From contig JAUSGQ010000027.1 in assembly GCA_030674455.1 (NCBI GenBank), forward strand, positions 18,786 through 82,785: 64,000 bases of DNA. The letters are read 5' to 3'. A program made the position numbers and the translations under genes. Origin of the DNA: a bacterium. GTDB lineage: Bacteria > Patescibacteriota > Minisyncoccia > Phycocordibacterales > UBA2100. The notes under the pieces were generated by a model. The model was not told the origin of the DNA and searched no databases. It worked only from the letters and a program-made list of their open reading frames with translations. Shown piece after piece: positions 45,126 through 55,072 of the stretch. The number at the start of each line of letters is the position of its first letter. Position 1 is the stretch's first letter.

Positions 45126-46202
45126 ATGAAGAATTTTTGGACGAAATTGCCTAAACCTTTTTTTGCACTCGCTCCCATGGAGGATGTTACCGACGCGGCA
45201 TTTCGGCGGCTCATTGCACGTTATGGCAAGCCGGATGTGATGTTCACGGAATTTACATCAGCGGATGGGTTATTTTTTGCGAACCCCGTTAGAAGTCGCG
45301 CCCGCGCTAGCGCGCCCGAAGGGCCTTTGGGGCGGGCACATCGAGTAGGGATGTGCACCTGTAGACGGGCTATTTCTAACGGGGCAGGCAGGTCTGGGTG
45401 GGAGAAGTTACAAAAGAAGTTACTGTTCTCGGACGAGGAGAGGCCGATTGTCGCTCAATTATTTACGGCCTCGCCGGAGCGGATGAAAAAAGCTGCCGAG
45501 ATGGTTGCAAAGCTGGGATTCGACGGGATAGACATCAACATGGGATGCCCCGACAGGGCAGTCGAAAAATCTGGATGCGGCGCGGCGCTGATGAAGAATC
45601 CGAAACTCGCGTGCGAGCTTATTCGCGCGGCAGGTGAGACTGGCTTGCCAGTGTCGGTAAAAACCAGAACAGGTTATTTAATCGATGAACTGGAGACGTG
45701 GCTTCCGGAATTGCTTGCGGAAAATCTCTCTGCCGTAACAATTCACGCGCGCACGAGAAAAGAAATGTCGGATGTACCGGCGCGCTGGGAGACGATAGCG
45801 CAGGCCGTAGAAATTCGCGACTCCCTGAAATCAAAAACGCTCATAATCGGCAATGGCGATGTGCGCGACCTCGCGGAAGCGCGCGAGAAAGCAGAAATGT
45901 CCGGCTGTGATGGTGTAATGCTAGGCCGCGCAATTTTTGGGAACCCTTTTTTATTCCAACATTCTCAAGAATGTTGGAATGTCAGGGAAGCGAAACTGAA
46001 GGCACTTGCGGAACATTTGAAGTTGTTTCAGGAGTTGCTTGCGGAAACGTCGAGCTACGCCACTATGAAAAAGCACTTTGCTACGTATGTAAAAGGATGG
46101 TCAGGAGCTAAAGAACTTCGCATGAAGCTGATGGAGACTAATAATGTTACGGAAGCACTTTCTGTCTTTGGCAGTCTGACTGCCAAAGAACTAAGACAGT
46201 AA
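45126..46202 (+). CDS. dus: tRNA-dihydrouridine synthase with in-frame repeat insertions
   Basis: LAPMEDVTD, GIDINMGCP, VSVKTRTG, TIHART, IGNGD, GVMLGR. Confidence 0.93.
   Translation: MKNFWTKLPKPFFALAPMEDVTDAAFRRLIARYGKPDVMFTEFTSADGLFFANPVRSRARASAPEGPLGRAHRVGMCTCRRAISNGAGRSGWEKLQKKLLFSDEERPIVAQLFTASPERMKKAAEMVAKLGFDGIDINMGCPDRAVEKSGCGAALMKNPKLACELIRAAGETGLPVSVKTRTGYLIDELETWLPELLAENLSAVTIHARTRKEMSDVPARWETIAQAVEIRDSLKSKTLIIGNGDVRDLAEAREKAEMSGCDGVMLGRAIFGNPFLFQHSQECWNVREAKLKALAEHLKLFQELLAETSSYATMKKHFATYVKGWSGAKELRMKLMETNNVTEALSVFGSLTAKELRQ
45284..45384. mobile_element. MITE-like element inserted in frame in dus
   Basis: CCCCGTTAGAA...TTCTAACGGGG termini; adds ~34 aa NPVRSRA..ISNG. Confidence 0.7.
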
Positions 46203-46233
46203 TGATGTTTCTCTCTTGAGGTATAATCACCAT

Positions 46234-47280
46234 ATGAATAAGGTTACGGATAGGCGGCATGCCACTTTATACCGAGCATACAGGCCGCAGGGATGGGGCG
46301 AGGTGCGCGGGCAGGAGCATGTCGTCCGCGTGCTGGAGGCATCCATAAAAAATAAGAAAATCGCGCATGCATATCTTTTTTCAGGCGGCCGCGGAACTGG
46401 GAAGACCAGTGTGGCGCGGATTCTCGCGCGTGAACTCGGCGTGACGCCAAACGACATTTACGAAATAGACGCGGCATCCAATACAGGCGTCGAGGACATC
46501 CGCGAGCTTCGCGAGGGCGCGCACGTCCTTCCGCTCGAATCTCCATTTAAAGTGTATATCGTGGACGAGGCGCACATGCTTTCGCGGAGTGCATGGAACG
46601 CGTTTTTAAAAACTCTGGAAGAGCCGCCGGCGCACGTGATTTTTATTATGGCGACTACCGAGCGTGACAAAGTGCCGGAAACTGTTCAATCTCGCTGCGA
46701 GATTTACTCGTTCAAAAAACCGACGCGCGAAATTCTTTCGCAGGCCATTACCGATGTGGCAAAAAAAGAAGGATATTCGCTCGAGCGCTCGGCGGCGGAA
46801 CTCATTGCGCTTCTTGCCGAGGGCTCTTTTCGCGATGCACTCGGCATTTTGCAGAAAGTGCTTGCGGTATCAAAGGACAAGAAGATAGACGCAGAAGAAG
46901 TCGAACTGGTTTCCGGCGCGCCCCGCGCGGAGCTTGTGCGCGACATACTCTCTGCGCTCGCAAAAAAAGACAGCTCTGCCGCGCTTGGAGCGATACAGAA
47001 AACCGTATCGGAAAACATGGACTCGCGTGTTCTTGTAAAACTCCTAATTCATCGAATGCGCGTCGTCCTGCTTCTACGTCTCGCTCCTGATGTCGCGGAG
47101 TCGCTCGCGCAGGAATTCGGGGAAGCCGATGTTGAACTTGCGAGGAAGTTATCGAAAGAGCCGGGAGTGAACTCAAATACAATGCGCGCGCTTCTGGAGG
47201 CGTACGCGCAAATGGCATATGCTGCCGTTCCGCATTTGCCGCTGGAACTTGCAGTAATCGACATTTGTCAGACCGCCTGA
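46234..47280 (+). CDS. dnaX: DNA polymerase III gamma/tau (short form)
   Basis: LYRAYRP, HAYLFSGGRGTGKT, EIDAASN, DEAHML, LKTLEEPP, SRC. Confidence 0.94.
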   Translation: MNKVTDRRHATLYRAYRPQGWGEVRGQEHVVRVLEASIKNKKIAHAYLFSGGRGTGKTSVARILARELGVTPNDIYEIDAASNTGVEDIRELREGAHVLPLESPFKVYIVDEAHMLSRSAWNAFLKTLEEPPAHVIFIMATTERDKVPETVQSRCEIYSFKKPTREILSQAITDVAKKEGYSLERSAAELIALLAEGSFRDALGILQKVLAVSKDKKIDAEEVELVSGAPRAELVRDILSALAKKDSSAALGAIQKTVSENMDSRVLVKLLIHRMRVVLLLRLAPDVAESLAQEFGEADVELARKLSKEPGVNSNTMRALLEAYAQMAYAAVPHLPLELAVIDICQTA

Positions 47281-47285
47281 TACTC

Positions 47286-48086
47286 ATGCGGAAATTCTCA
47301 AAAAAACAGCCCAGGCATAGCAGACCGGCAAAAACCGCGAAGAAAGACACCTCGTGGGGACATGTGGCTGATTGGTATCACAGCCATGTTGAATCCGAGG
47401 ACACGTATCACGATAAGGTAATCAAGCCGAATCTTTTGCGCGTACTCGGAGACATACGAGGTAAGCGCGTTCTTGATCTGGCCTGCGGAGAAGGTTTCTT
47501 TTCTCGCGCGTTTCGTGAGGCGGGCGCTCAAGTAACAGGTGTTGATATAGCACCGGAACTCATAAATATTGCAAAAAAGATTGGTCCGCCAGACATAGTC
47601 TATTTGACTGCGCCTGCAGAGCGCTTGCCGCTTCCGGAGGAATCTTTCGATGTAGCGATATGTGTGCTCGCACTTCAAAACATCAAGAATCTTTCCGGCG
47701 CGTTGGCACAAGTTTCGCAGCTCTTGAAAAAGGATGGCATTTTTGCGATTGTCCTCAACCACCCGTGCTTTCGCATTTTGCGCCATTCGCAGTGGGGATT
47801 CGATAATGCCGCTAACATCCAATTTCGCCGGCTCGACAAGTATCTTTCTGAAAGCTCGCACGAAATACAGATGCATCCCGGCCTAGCACCTGGGGTTACC
47901 ACTATGTCGTATCACCGCCCGCTTCAGCTTTATGTAAAAGAACTTGCAAAGCAGGGATTTGCTGTTGTGGGCCTCGAGGAGTGGATTTCAAACCGCATGA
48001 GCGAACGTGGACCCAGAGCGGAAGCGGAAGACACTGCGCGGAAAGAATTCCCGCTGTTTCTAATGCTCCGCGCGCGGAAGATTTAA
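47286..48086 (+). CDS. Class I SAM-dependent methyltransferase
   Basis: VLDLACGEG, VTGVDIA, FDVA. Confidence 0.88.
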   Translation: MRKFSKKQPRHSRPAKTAKKDTSWGHVADWYHSHVESEDTYHDKVIKPNLLRVLGDIRGKRVLDLACGEGFFSRAFREAGAQVTGVDIAPELINIAKKIGPPDIVYLTAPAERLPLPEESFDVAICVLALQNIKNLSGALAQVSQLLKKDGIFAIVLNHPCFRILRHSQWGFDNAANIQFRRLDKYLSESSHEIQMHPGLAPGVTTMSYHRPLQLYVKELAKQGFAVVGLEEWISNRMSERGPRAEAEDTARKEFPLFLMLRARKI

Positions 48087-48096
48087 TGCAAATGCT

Positions 48097-48633
48097 ATGA
48101 GAAATCTTCTGATATTAATTGTTGCAGTGCTCATCATTGCAGGCTCAATGTATTTTTTCGCGAGAGAAACGCCCGCTCCCGCACCTTTTGAGGGAGAGAA
48201 AAGCACGACGCAGTATACGAACGGGCAGTACGGATTGAGCTTTGAATATCCATCTACGTACGTTCTCCAAGAAAAAGAAGTGGGGAATGGTGAACGAATG
48301 CATTACTCGATTGTGCTTCTCGATAGAGAGTGGCTCGCGAATATTCCCGAAGGAGGCGAGGGACCGCCGGCTATTTCCGTTGATATTTTTCAGAACGACA
48401 TTGAACAGATGAAGGTTGAAGATTGGATACGCGGGACGAATTTCTCGAATTTCAAACTTTCGCCCGACGGCAATCTTTCGACGACAACGGTAGCAGGAAG
48501 GGAGGCATACACATACCGGTGGGACGGTCTCTACCAGGCAGAAAGCTACGTCTTCTCGCACAAGGACAACATAGTGATGTTCTCGGTGACTTTCAATGCG
48601 CCGGAAGATCAAATCCGCAGCGAATTTTCGTAG
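48097..48633 (+). CDS. Exported hypothetical protein (PsbP-like)
   Basis: Signal anchor; YTNGQYGLSFEYP. Confidence 0.6.
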   Translation: MRNLLILIVAVLIIAGSMYFFARETPAPAPFEGEKSTTQYTNGQYGLSFEYPSTYVLQEKEVGNGERMHYSIVLLDREWLANIPEGGEGPPAISVDIFQNDIEQMKVEDWIRGTNFSNFKLSPDGNLSTTTVAGREAYTYRWDGLYQAESYVFSHKDNIVMFSVTFNAPEDQIRSEFS

Positions 48634-48720
48634 GTCTTGAATTCACTTGTGTTGAAGTAATGCTTGACTGTTTTTGATGCTCAAAGCGCGGAAACAATGA
48701 GTTGTGGTATAATGTATTAT

Positions 48721-48963
48721 ATGTTGCGGGAATATATAGATAAAAAGCTTAGAGTCGCGCGCTACAAACTGCTCAAAGACGGCACTTATTTTGCTGAAAT
48801 TCCTGGAGTGCGCGGTGTGTGGGCAAATGCTAAGAATCTCGAACAATGCAGGCGCAATCTGCGGGACGTGTTGGAAGAATGGCTACTGCTTAAGGTCAGC
48901 AATCATGAATCTGTGCCTGGTTTTAATTTGAAAGTCGACCGTCGAAATCTTGTTCTGAACTAA
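48721..48963 (+). CDS. hicB: HicB-family antitoxin
   Basis: YFAEIPGVRGVWANAKNLEQCR..LEEWL. Confidence 0.85.
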   Translation: MLREYIDKKLRVARYKLLKDGTYFAEIPGVRGVWANAKNLEQCRRNLRDVLEEWLLLKVSNHESVPGFNLKVDRRNLVLN

Positions 48964-48978
48964 CCAATCTTTCACGGC

Positions 48979-49191
48979 ATGGTTAAAAGCATTTCGTGGA
49001 GAAAACTTGTTCAAAAACTGCGCCTCCTTGGTTTCGAAGGGCCATATTCTGGTGGTAAACATTTATTCATGGTAAAGGGTGGCTTGAAGTTGCATATACC
49101 GAATCCGCATCGCGGAGACATTTCGCGACATCTTCTTGCAGAAATGTTGCGGCAAGCGGGGATAAAGTCGGATGAGTGGAACAATGCATAG
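48979..49191 (+). CDS. hicA: HicA-family toxin
   Basis: LGFEGPYSGGKH..IPNPH..LLAEMLRQAGI. Confidence 0.85.
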   Translation: MVKSISWRKLVQKLRLLGFEGPYSGGKHLFMVKGGLKLHIPNPHRGDISRHLLAEMLRQAGIKSDEWNNA

Positions 49192-49273
49192 CAGATAGAT
49201 AAAGTGGGAAGATTGGGTTAAAGTAGATAGCATTGGAAACCGGCTTTTGCCCGAGTTCCATTATTTTGGGAAT

Positions 49274-49347
49274 TGGGGGATCGTCTAACGGTAGGACGGC
49301 TGCCTTTGAAGCAGTTAATCTTGGTCCGATTCCAAGTCCCCCAGCCA
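49274..49347 (+). tRNA. tRNA-Gln(TTG)
   Basis: TGGGGGA/TCCCCCA stem; loop CTTTGAA; encoded CCA. Confidence 0.92.
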
Positions 49348-49420
49348 CGAAAAGTGACTGCGCCACCTCGCGGCGGCATCTTGAGTGAGCCATGATTGCG
49401 AGATTTGGTAAAATAGACTT

Positions 49421-49672
49421 ATGAACAAAAATAAGCTAGCAGGTGGTGTAGCACATAAAATGCCCGAGGATTTACGAAGGGCGCTTACTTCAACGCCTGC
49501 GGCGCGAACAGTATGGGAAGATATTACGCCGCTAGCGCGCAACGAATGGATTTGCTGGGTTACGTCGGGCAAAAAAGCTGAAACGCGGGGCATCCGTATC
49601 AAGGAAACCCTCTCGAAGCTTAGGGGCGGAATGCGCAGACCATGTTGTTGGGCAGGATGCATTCATCGTTGA
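49421..49672 (+). CDS. YdeI/OmpD-associated family protein
   Basis: PEDLRRAL..WEDITPLARNEWICWV..KKAETR. Confidence 0.8.
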   Translation: MNKNKLAGGVAHKMPEDLRRALTSTPAARTVWEDITPLARNEWICWVTSGKKAETRGIRIKETLSKLRGGMRRPCCWAGCIHR

Positions 49673-49693
49673 GTGTTTATTTAAGTAGATAAC

Positions 49694-50506
49694 ATGAAAT
49701 TCCAAATTATTGGAAATGTGCGACGGCTCATGAAAACCATTTTATTGTTTGCCATTTTTTATGCTGTTATCGGATTGTTTCTTTCATACAAGCAGGAATC
49801 ACTGGTCTACCAGCCTGGCGTCCAAGATTTTGAGAGTTGTCCCGATTTGAAAGAGGCCGAGAGACTCACATACGAAGGCACTCGGATGTACTTTAAGAAA
49901 AATGGGCCGCGAGTAGCCGTTATCTATCATGGAAACGCCGGTTCTGCTTGCGACAGAGCTTTTATAGCCTCAATCTTTGGTAACATCGGCTACTCGTATC
50001 TGTTGCCGGAGTATGCAGGTTATTCTAACGACAGCGCAAAACCGAGTCACGCCGGAATAAAAAAAGATGTCGAGCATGTAATTGATTTTCTGGACAGCCG
50101 AGATTTCAAGAACATCGTGGTTCTAGGAGAAAGCGTCGGCACGGGCGTTGCCTCATATCACGCATCCTTGAAACCCGTATCGCAACTTATACTTATTTCA
50201 CCTTTCACGGATCTCGTCGATGTGGCTCAGGAAGCTTTTTGGTTCTATCCGGCTTCTTTGTTGGTAGAGAACGCTTTTGATAACGAACAACTGCTCGCGG
50301 CGTACAGGGGAAAGGTACTCGTTTTGCATGGAGACGCGGATACCGTGATACCTTCGAAGTTGGGAGAAGAACTTTTTGAGTCGCTCCGAAGTCCTGATAA
50401 ACAATTGGCGATAATACGAGGGGCAGGACACAACACAATGTTTTGGTATCCGGAAACGTACGAAAGCATTACATCGTTTGTTGGCGACGCAGGAGGAGCA
50501 AAGTGA
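49694..50506 (+). CDS. Alpha/beta hydrolase
   Basis: HGNAG, EYAGY, GESVG, HGDAD, GAGHN. Confidence 0.9.
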   Translation: MKFQIIGNVRRLMKTILLFAIFYAVIGLFLSYKQESLVYQPGVQDFESCPDLKEAERLTYEGTRMYFKKNGPRVAVIYHGNAGSACDRAFIASIFGNIGYSYLLPEYAGYSNDSAKPSHAGIKKDVEHVIDFLDSRDFKNIVVLGESVGTGVASYHASLKPVSQLILISPFTDLVDVAQEAFWFYPASLLVENAFDNEQLLAAYRGKVLVLHGDADTVIPSKLGEELFESLRSPDKQLAIIRGAGHNTMFWYPETYESITSFVGDAGGAK

Positions 50507-50550
50507 GAATTATCCCTTGGTTTCAAGCCACTAGGGTATAATATTCTGGT

Positions 50551-51225
50551 ATGTTCACGCGTCAATTTTTGATCGGGGTCGGCGGCTTGCTCGTTCTATT
50601 GTTTGCCGCAAGCGCGCTCTATATGTATACGCGCCAGTATGTCCCGCAGAAGACCGTATTAGTAACAACGTTTGAAGAATGCGTGGCGGCAGGGAATTCG
50701 GTGATGGAAAGTTATCCGCGCCAGTGCAGGCATGGCGACCAATCATTTACCGAATCGCTCGGCAACACTATTGAGAAGACGAACCTTATCCGCCTCTACG
50801 CGCCGCTTCCGAACGGAGTCATCGAGAGCCCGCTCGCCATAACGGGCGAAGCGAGAGGGAACTGGTTTTTTGAAGCGAGCTTTCCGATTGTTCTCACCGA
50901 CTGGGACGGAAGAATAATTGCGCAAACTATTGCGACCGCGCAAGGCGAGTGGATGACCACCGATTTTGTGCCGTTTGAAGCGACGCTCACGTTCACGCCG
51001 ATAGTGAACGCATACAGCAATCGCGGCTCGCTCATACTACAAAAAGATAATCCATCGGGATTGCCGGAGAATGACGATGCGCTTGAAATTCCCGTAATTA
51101 TCGGAAGAGTTGCGGCCTCGAGCGCGGAAACGGGATGCACACTTGAAGCGCGGCTCTGCCCAGACGGCTCGGCAGTCGGGCGCACCGGCCCCAACTGCGA
51201 ATTTGCCCCGTGTTCTTCCGAATAA
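50551..51225 (+). CDS. Gmad2 Ig-like domain surface protein
   Basis: FEECVAAG..ESYPRQC; GEARGNWFFEASFP; DNPSGL; CTLEARLCPDGS. Confidence 0.8.
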   Translation: MFTRQFLIGVGGLLVLLFAASALYMYTRQYVPQKTVLVTTFEECVAAGNSVMESYPRQCRHGDQSFTESLGNTIEKTNLIRLYAPLPNGVIESPLAITGEARGNWFFEASFPIVLTDWDGRIIAQTIATAQGEWMTTDFVPFEATLTFTPIVNAYSNRGSLILQKDNPSGLPENDDALEIPVIIGRVAASSAETGCTLEARLCPDGSAVGRTGPNCEFAPCSSE

Positions 51226-51262
51226 TTTCTCAGCCTAAGGGCGTAACTCTAACTACGAAATC

Positions 51263-51294
51263 TCATTCTAACGTTTTGCAAAACGTTAGAATGA
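51263..51294. repeat. Palindrome family P1
   Basis: TCATTCTAACGTTTTGCAAAACGTTAGAATGA. Confidence 0.8.
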
Positions 51295-51339
51295 AAGAAA
51301 TCGCGCTGAGCAGTCTTTTTTTAAAGGAAAAAAATATCG

Positions 51340-52449
51340 CTACGTGCCTAGTTGCGCGAGGGCATCTTTGGCCGATTGCAGATTCTTGTTGTAGTAAATA
51401 GCTATTTCGTATTCTGCCCGCGCTTCAGCCGTCTGGCCTCGGCTCTCGTAAACCTTGCCCTTCAGCACGTAAAGTTCAGAGACGGATTTATTGTTGTCGT
51501 TGATGACGCTATCGGCGAGTTCTATCACGCGGTCAAATTTTCCAAGCTTGAAGTACGCTTCTATCGGCTCCATCTGGTACCAGAGCTTGCGCCTCGTGAG
51601 CGAACTTTCAATTTTCTCAAATTCGCGTGCTGTTCCCTCGTAGTCGCCTAAATAGAAGAGCGCTGTCACAATATTATATTTCGCGCGCATGTCGGATGAA
51701 TTTCGCGCCACTTCATCTTCGGCGCGCGCTTTGGCATTCCTCCACGCCCACTGTTCGTTGGCCTCTTCGCCCAAAATGCTTTCGACTATCTGCTTTTTCT
51801 CCTTCGGTACGACAATAAGGTATGAGTAATTAAAATCTTTCCAGAAGTGCATCCAATCCTTATAAGAGTACAGCTGGTTCTGCCCCTCGATGCCGTCGCT
51901 CTCAATGACGACCTGTTGCGATTCATTGTATCCGCGAATGACGCGGTAGTGCACGATGTCGTCGTCGCGGTAGGTGAGTGCACGCGTGAGCACCGGAATA
52001 TCGGCGGCTATGAATTTCTTCAAGAGTTCAATGTTGCCAGCGGGGCGGACATAGGCGAGCAGACCGTGCCGCGTTCTCGCGTAGTCGGCGAGCTCATAGA
52101 GAGTTACCGATTTGTCGTCGTTGTCGCCGCGCGGGTTGTTCCAGGGACGCGTCGCTTCTGCGATTTTCTCCTGCGTGTCCTTGATGTCCCAGCGGGAGAG
52201 AACTATGAAAAGAGCCACCGAAGAGCAGTTGTTAAATGTCTGTCCGACCCACGCCAAACCGGGAATTGTTTTTGCCGTCGGCAGTTCGCTACCCACCGAA
52301 TTATTAATAGCTTTTGAAGAAACCGAGCTTGCTCCTGTCGTTGAAGCGTCAACCGGATTGCGATACGCAACATCCGCGTCGAGGAAGATATACACCGAAC
52401 CCGCGGCGAATGTCGTTACGAGCACAGCAAGAGCGATTATCCACTTCAT
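51340..52449 (-). CDS. C39-like peptidase with TPR C-terminus
   Basis: QTFNNC, HYRVIRGY, TPR helices. Confidence 0.78.
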   Translation of the reverse strand: MKWIIALAVLVTTFAAGSVYIFLDADVAYRNPVDASTTGASSVSSKAINNSVGSELPTAKTIPGLAWVGQTFNNCSSVALFIVLSRWDIKDTQEKIAEATRPWNNPRGDNDDKSVTLYELADYARTRHGLLAYVRPAGNIELLKKFIAADIPVLTRALTYRDDDIVHYRVIRGYNESQQVVIESDGIEGQNQLYSYKDWMHFWKDFNYSYLIVVPKEKKQIVESILGEEANEQWAWRNAKARAEDEVARNSSDMRAKYNIVTALFYLGDYEGTAREFEKIESSLTRRKLWYQMEPIEAYFKLGKFDRVIELADSVINDNNKSVSELYVLKGKVYESRGQTAEARAEYEIAIYYNKNLQSAKDALAQLGT

Positions 52450-52491
52450 AGCGGGCATTGTACTCCAACGCCGATTTCTTAGCACTGGCGC

Positions 52492-52998
52492 TCACTTGGC
52501 CTGGAGCAGTTTTCCCATCCAGATGATGTCCTCGTATCCCTTTGGAGTCTTTATGGCCTCGCGGCGGCGGCCTTCCATTACGAATCCCAATTTTTCGTAC
52601 AGGTGTACGGCATCTTCATTCTTCTCAAATACCTCGAGTTCCATCCGATGCATACCGTGCTCCCGCGCAAGCCCTTCTGCCTGCTTCAGGAGCGCTGTGC
52701 CTATCCCGCGGCCTCGATACGAAGCGAGAACTCCCATGACGACGTATGAAGTCCCCCGCACTTTGAGGAACTTGCCGGAAATGGCTGTAATGTAGCCCAC
52801 TATCTTTGCTCCATCAAGCGCAATAAAGGTATGCACGCGCTTTCTGTGTACGAGAGTTTTTGCGAACGCATAGAGCAGTGAATCCCTGCGGTCTTTCCCC
52901 GTGACCGCGAGGTGCTCGGCCTCGTTCGCTATTTGTTTTTGCAGTTGCATCAGCGCGCCGAAGTCTTTGAGTCCGGCGAGCTTAATTTGATATTGCAT
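52492..52998 (-). CDS. GNAT acetyltransferase
   Basis: YRGRGIGTALL, NEDAVHLYEKLGF. Confidence 0.88.
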   Translation of the reverse strand: MQYQIKLAGLKDFGALMQLQKQIANEAEHLAVTGKDRRDSLLYAFAKTLVHRKRVHTFIALDGAKIVGYITAISGKFLKVRGTSYVVMGVLASYRGRGIGTALLKQAEGLAREHGMHRMELEVFEKNEDAVHLYEKLGFVMEGRRREAIKTPKGYEDIIWMGKLLQAK

Positions 52999-53289
52999 GA
53001 AGTATCTATAATTACACATCTGCCCATCATTCGGATAGGAGAGCAGATATATAGAGTGTACCGCGCCTTGGTCAGAGTTCAATGTATGAAATCCACAGTG
53101 CTCGTGCATTTGATACAATAGACGCATGAAATCGCTTGTGTGGTTCGGGGCTTTTGCCGGTTCCACTATCGGGAGTCTCATTCCGGGCTTGTGGGGTTCA
53201 AGCATGTTTTCATTCTCATCAATACTCTTAGGCGGAGTCGGCGCGTTTTTGGGGATTTGGATTGCATATCAATATAGTCAGGATTGATT

Positions 53290-53886
53290 ATGATTAAGGC
53301 GATTATTTTTGACCTAGGCGGCGTGTTGTTTACAAATGGCGCAAAGAAATTCATTGATGATATCAGCGCGCGATATGCAATTGATAAGGAAATCGTCAGG
53401 AATGTGATAGATGGCGAAATAGGCACTAAATATCGCGAAGGCAAGATAACGCGAGACGAGTTTTGGAAACAAGTTCTCACAAACCTAAACCTAAAGGAAG
53501 ATTCCAATACATTAGAAAGCGAATGGATTGATGATTATAAACTTATTGAAGGGACAAGAGATATCATTTTCGAACTTCGGAGGAAATATAAAGTATATTA
53601 TTTATCGGATAACGTTCGAGAAAGAGTAATGAGGCTGGATGAGAGGTACGGCTTTATTAAATGGTTTGAAGGCGGCATCTTTTCGCATGAAGCAGGAGTA
53701 AGAAAGCCAAATCCACAAATTTACAAATTAGCGATGGAGAAAGCCAATGTTAAGCCGGAAGAGGCGGTATATATAGATGACAAGGCGTCGTGCATTGAGC
53801 CGGCCGAGTACATGGGCATGACAGCATTTCTGTTTGAAAATCCTGATAAACTAAGGCGGGAACTTATGGATAAAGGGATTTTATAG
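53290..53886 (+). CDS. HAD-family phosphatase
   Basis: IIFDLGGVL, LSDN, KPNPQIY, YIDD. Confidence 0.9.
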   Translation: MIKAIIFDLGGVLFTNGAKKFIDDISARYAIDKEIVRNVIDGEIGTKYREGKITRDEFWKQVLTNLNLKEDSNTLESEWIDDYKLIEGTRDIIFELRRKYKVYYLSDNVRERVMRLDERYGFIKWFEGGIFSHEAGVRKPNPQIYKLAMEKANVKPEEAVYIDDKASCIEPAEYMGMTAFLFENPDKLRRELMDKGIL

Positions 53887-53891
53887 ATTTT

Positions 53892-54845
53892 ATGAAAATC
53901 GTAGTCTTGGACGGTCACACCCTAAACCCAGGCGACAATCCGTGGGATGCGGTTGCATCGCTTGGTGAACTGCAGATTTATGATTACACGGGCCAAGCCA
54001 CGAATTCTGCTGATTCGCCTGCCGATAAAGTTGTCGAGCGTTCTCTTGATGCCGACATTATTGTTACCAACAAGGCCGTTTTATCGGCCGACGTGATTGC
54101 AAAATTGCCGAATCTGAAATTCATCGCGGTCACCGCCACCGGTTACAACGTCGTGGATATTGCGGCGGCTCGCTCGCGCGGGATTCCCGTTTCCAACGTG
54201 CCGGAGTATGGCACGGACTCAGTTGCCCAATTTACATTCGCACTTATTCTCGAATTAGTTCATCATGTCGCACTGCACAGCGATGCGGTTCATGCGGGCG
54301 AGTGGGGCAGGCAGCAGGATTTCTGTTTTTGGAAGACGCCTCTGACAGAATTGGCAGGAAAAACGCTCGCCATTATCGGCTATGGAAAGATCGGCCACCG
54401 AGTGGGAGAAATTGCGGAGGCGCTAGGTATGAAAATCCTGACCGCGGGGCGCGACATGGCAAAAATCCGCGAAATTATTGCGAAAGCCGACATTGTTACG
54501 CTTCACTGCCCGCTCACCGATGAGAATAAAGGAATGGTTAACCGCGAGTTTCTCGCGCAGATGAAGCCTACGGCATTTCTTATCAACGCCGCGCGCGGCG
54601 GCCTCGTCGTTGAGCAGGATTTGGCCGACGCGCTCAATTCGGGAAAACTAGCGGGCGCGGCAGTAGACGTCGTTTCCGCGGAGCCGATAAAATTGGACAA
54701 CCCGCTTATTAAAGCAAAGAACTGCATCATTACTCCCCACATCGCATGGGCGACGCTTGAGGCACGGCAAAGATTGATGCAAACAACAGCCGACAACATC
54801 CGCGCATTTCAGGAAGGCAAGCCGGTGAATGTAATCAATTCCTAG
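53892..54845 (+). CDS. D-2-hydroxyacid dehydrogenase (glycerate dehydrogenase-like)
   Basis: GYGKIG, LHCPLT, INAARG, TPHIAWA. Confidence 0.92.
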   Translation: MKIVVLDGHTLNPGDNPWDAVASLGELQIYDYTGQATNSADSPADKVVERSLDADIIVTNKAVLSADVIAKLPNLKFIAVTATGYNVVDIAAARSRGIPVSNVPEYGTDSVAQFTFALILELVHHVALHSDAVHAGEWGRQQDFCFWKTPLTELAGKTLAIIGYGKIGHRVGEIAEALGMKILTAGRDMAKIREIIAKADIVTLHCPLTDENKGMVNREFLAQMKPTAFLINAARGGLVVEQDLADALNSGKLAGAAVDVVSAEPIKLDNPLIKAKNCIITPHIAWATLEARQRLMQTTADNIRAFQEGKPVNVINS

Positions 54846-54863
54846 GCATGCATGAACGTTATT

Positions 54864-55021
54864 TTCTCATTCTAATGTTTTGCAAAACATCAGAATGAGA
54901 AGAGCCGTAGAAAATGGATGATGGAATCTATTCTAGTATTTTGCAAAAGACTGCAATAGAAGAAAGTGCTGGGTGCAGGCGCAAATTTCCGCATCCTAAC
55001 ATTTTGCGAAATGTTAGGATG
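54864..55021. repeat. Cluster of three P1 palindromes
   Basis: 54864-54901, 54927-54960, 54992-55021. Confidence 0.75.
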
Positions 55022-55072
55022 TTGAGAAGGTGGCTATCTCAGTACGCTATACTTCTTTCCATGGAGGTGGAT

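Noticed and set aside
45284-45384. Intein or self-splicing intron in dus
   Set aside because: Too short, no intein terminal residues or group I/II core. TIRs indicate a MITE-like insert.
46234-47280. dnaX truncated by frameshift or pseudogenisation
   Set aside because: It ends cleanly after domain III and the next ORF is a methyltransferase. A short form is plausible for this lineage.
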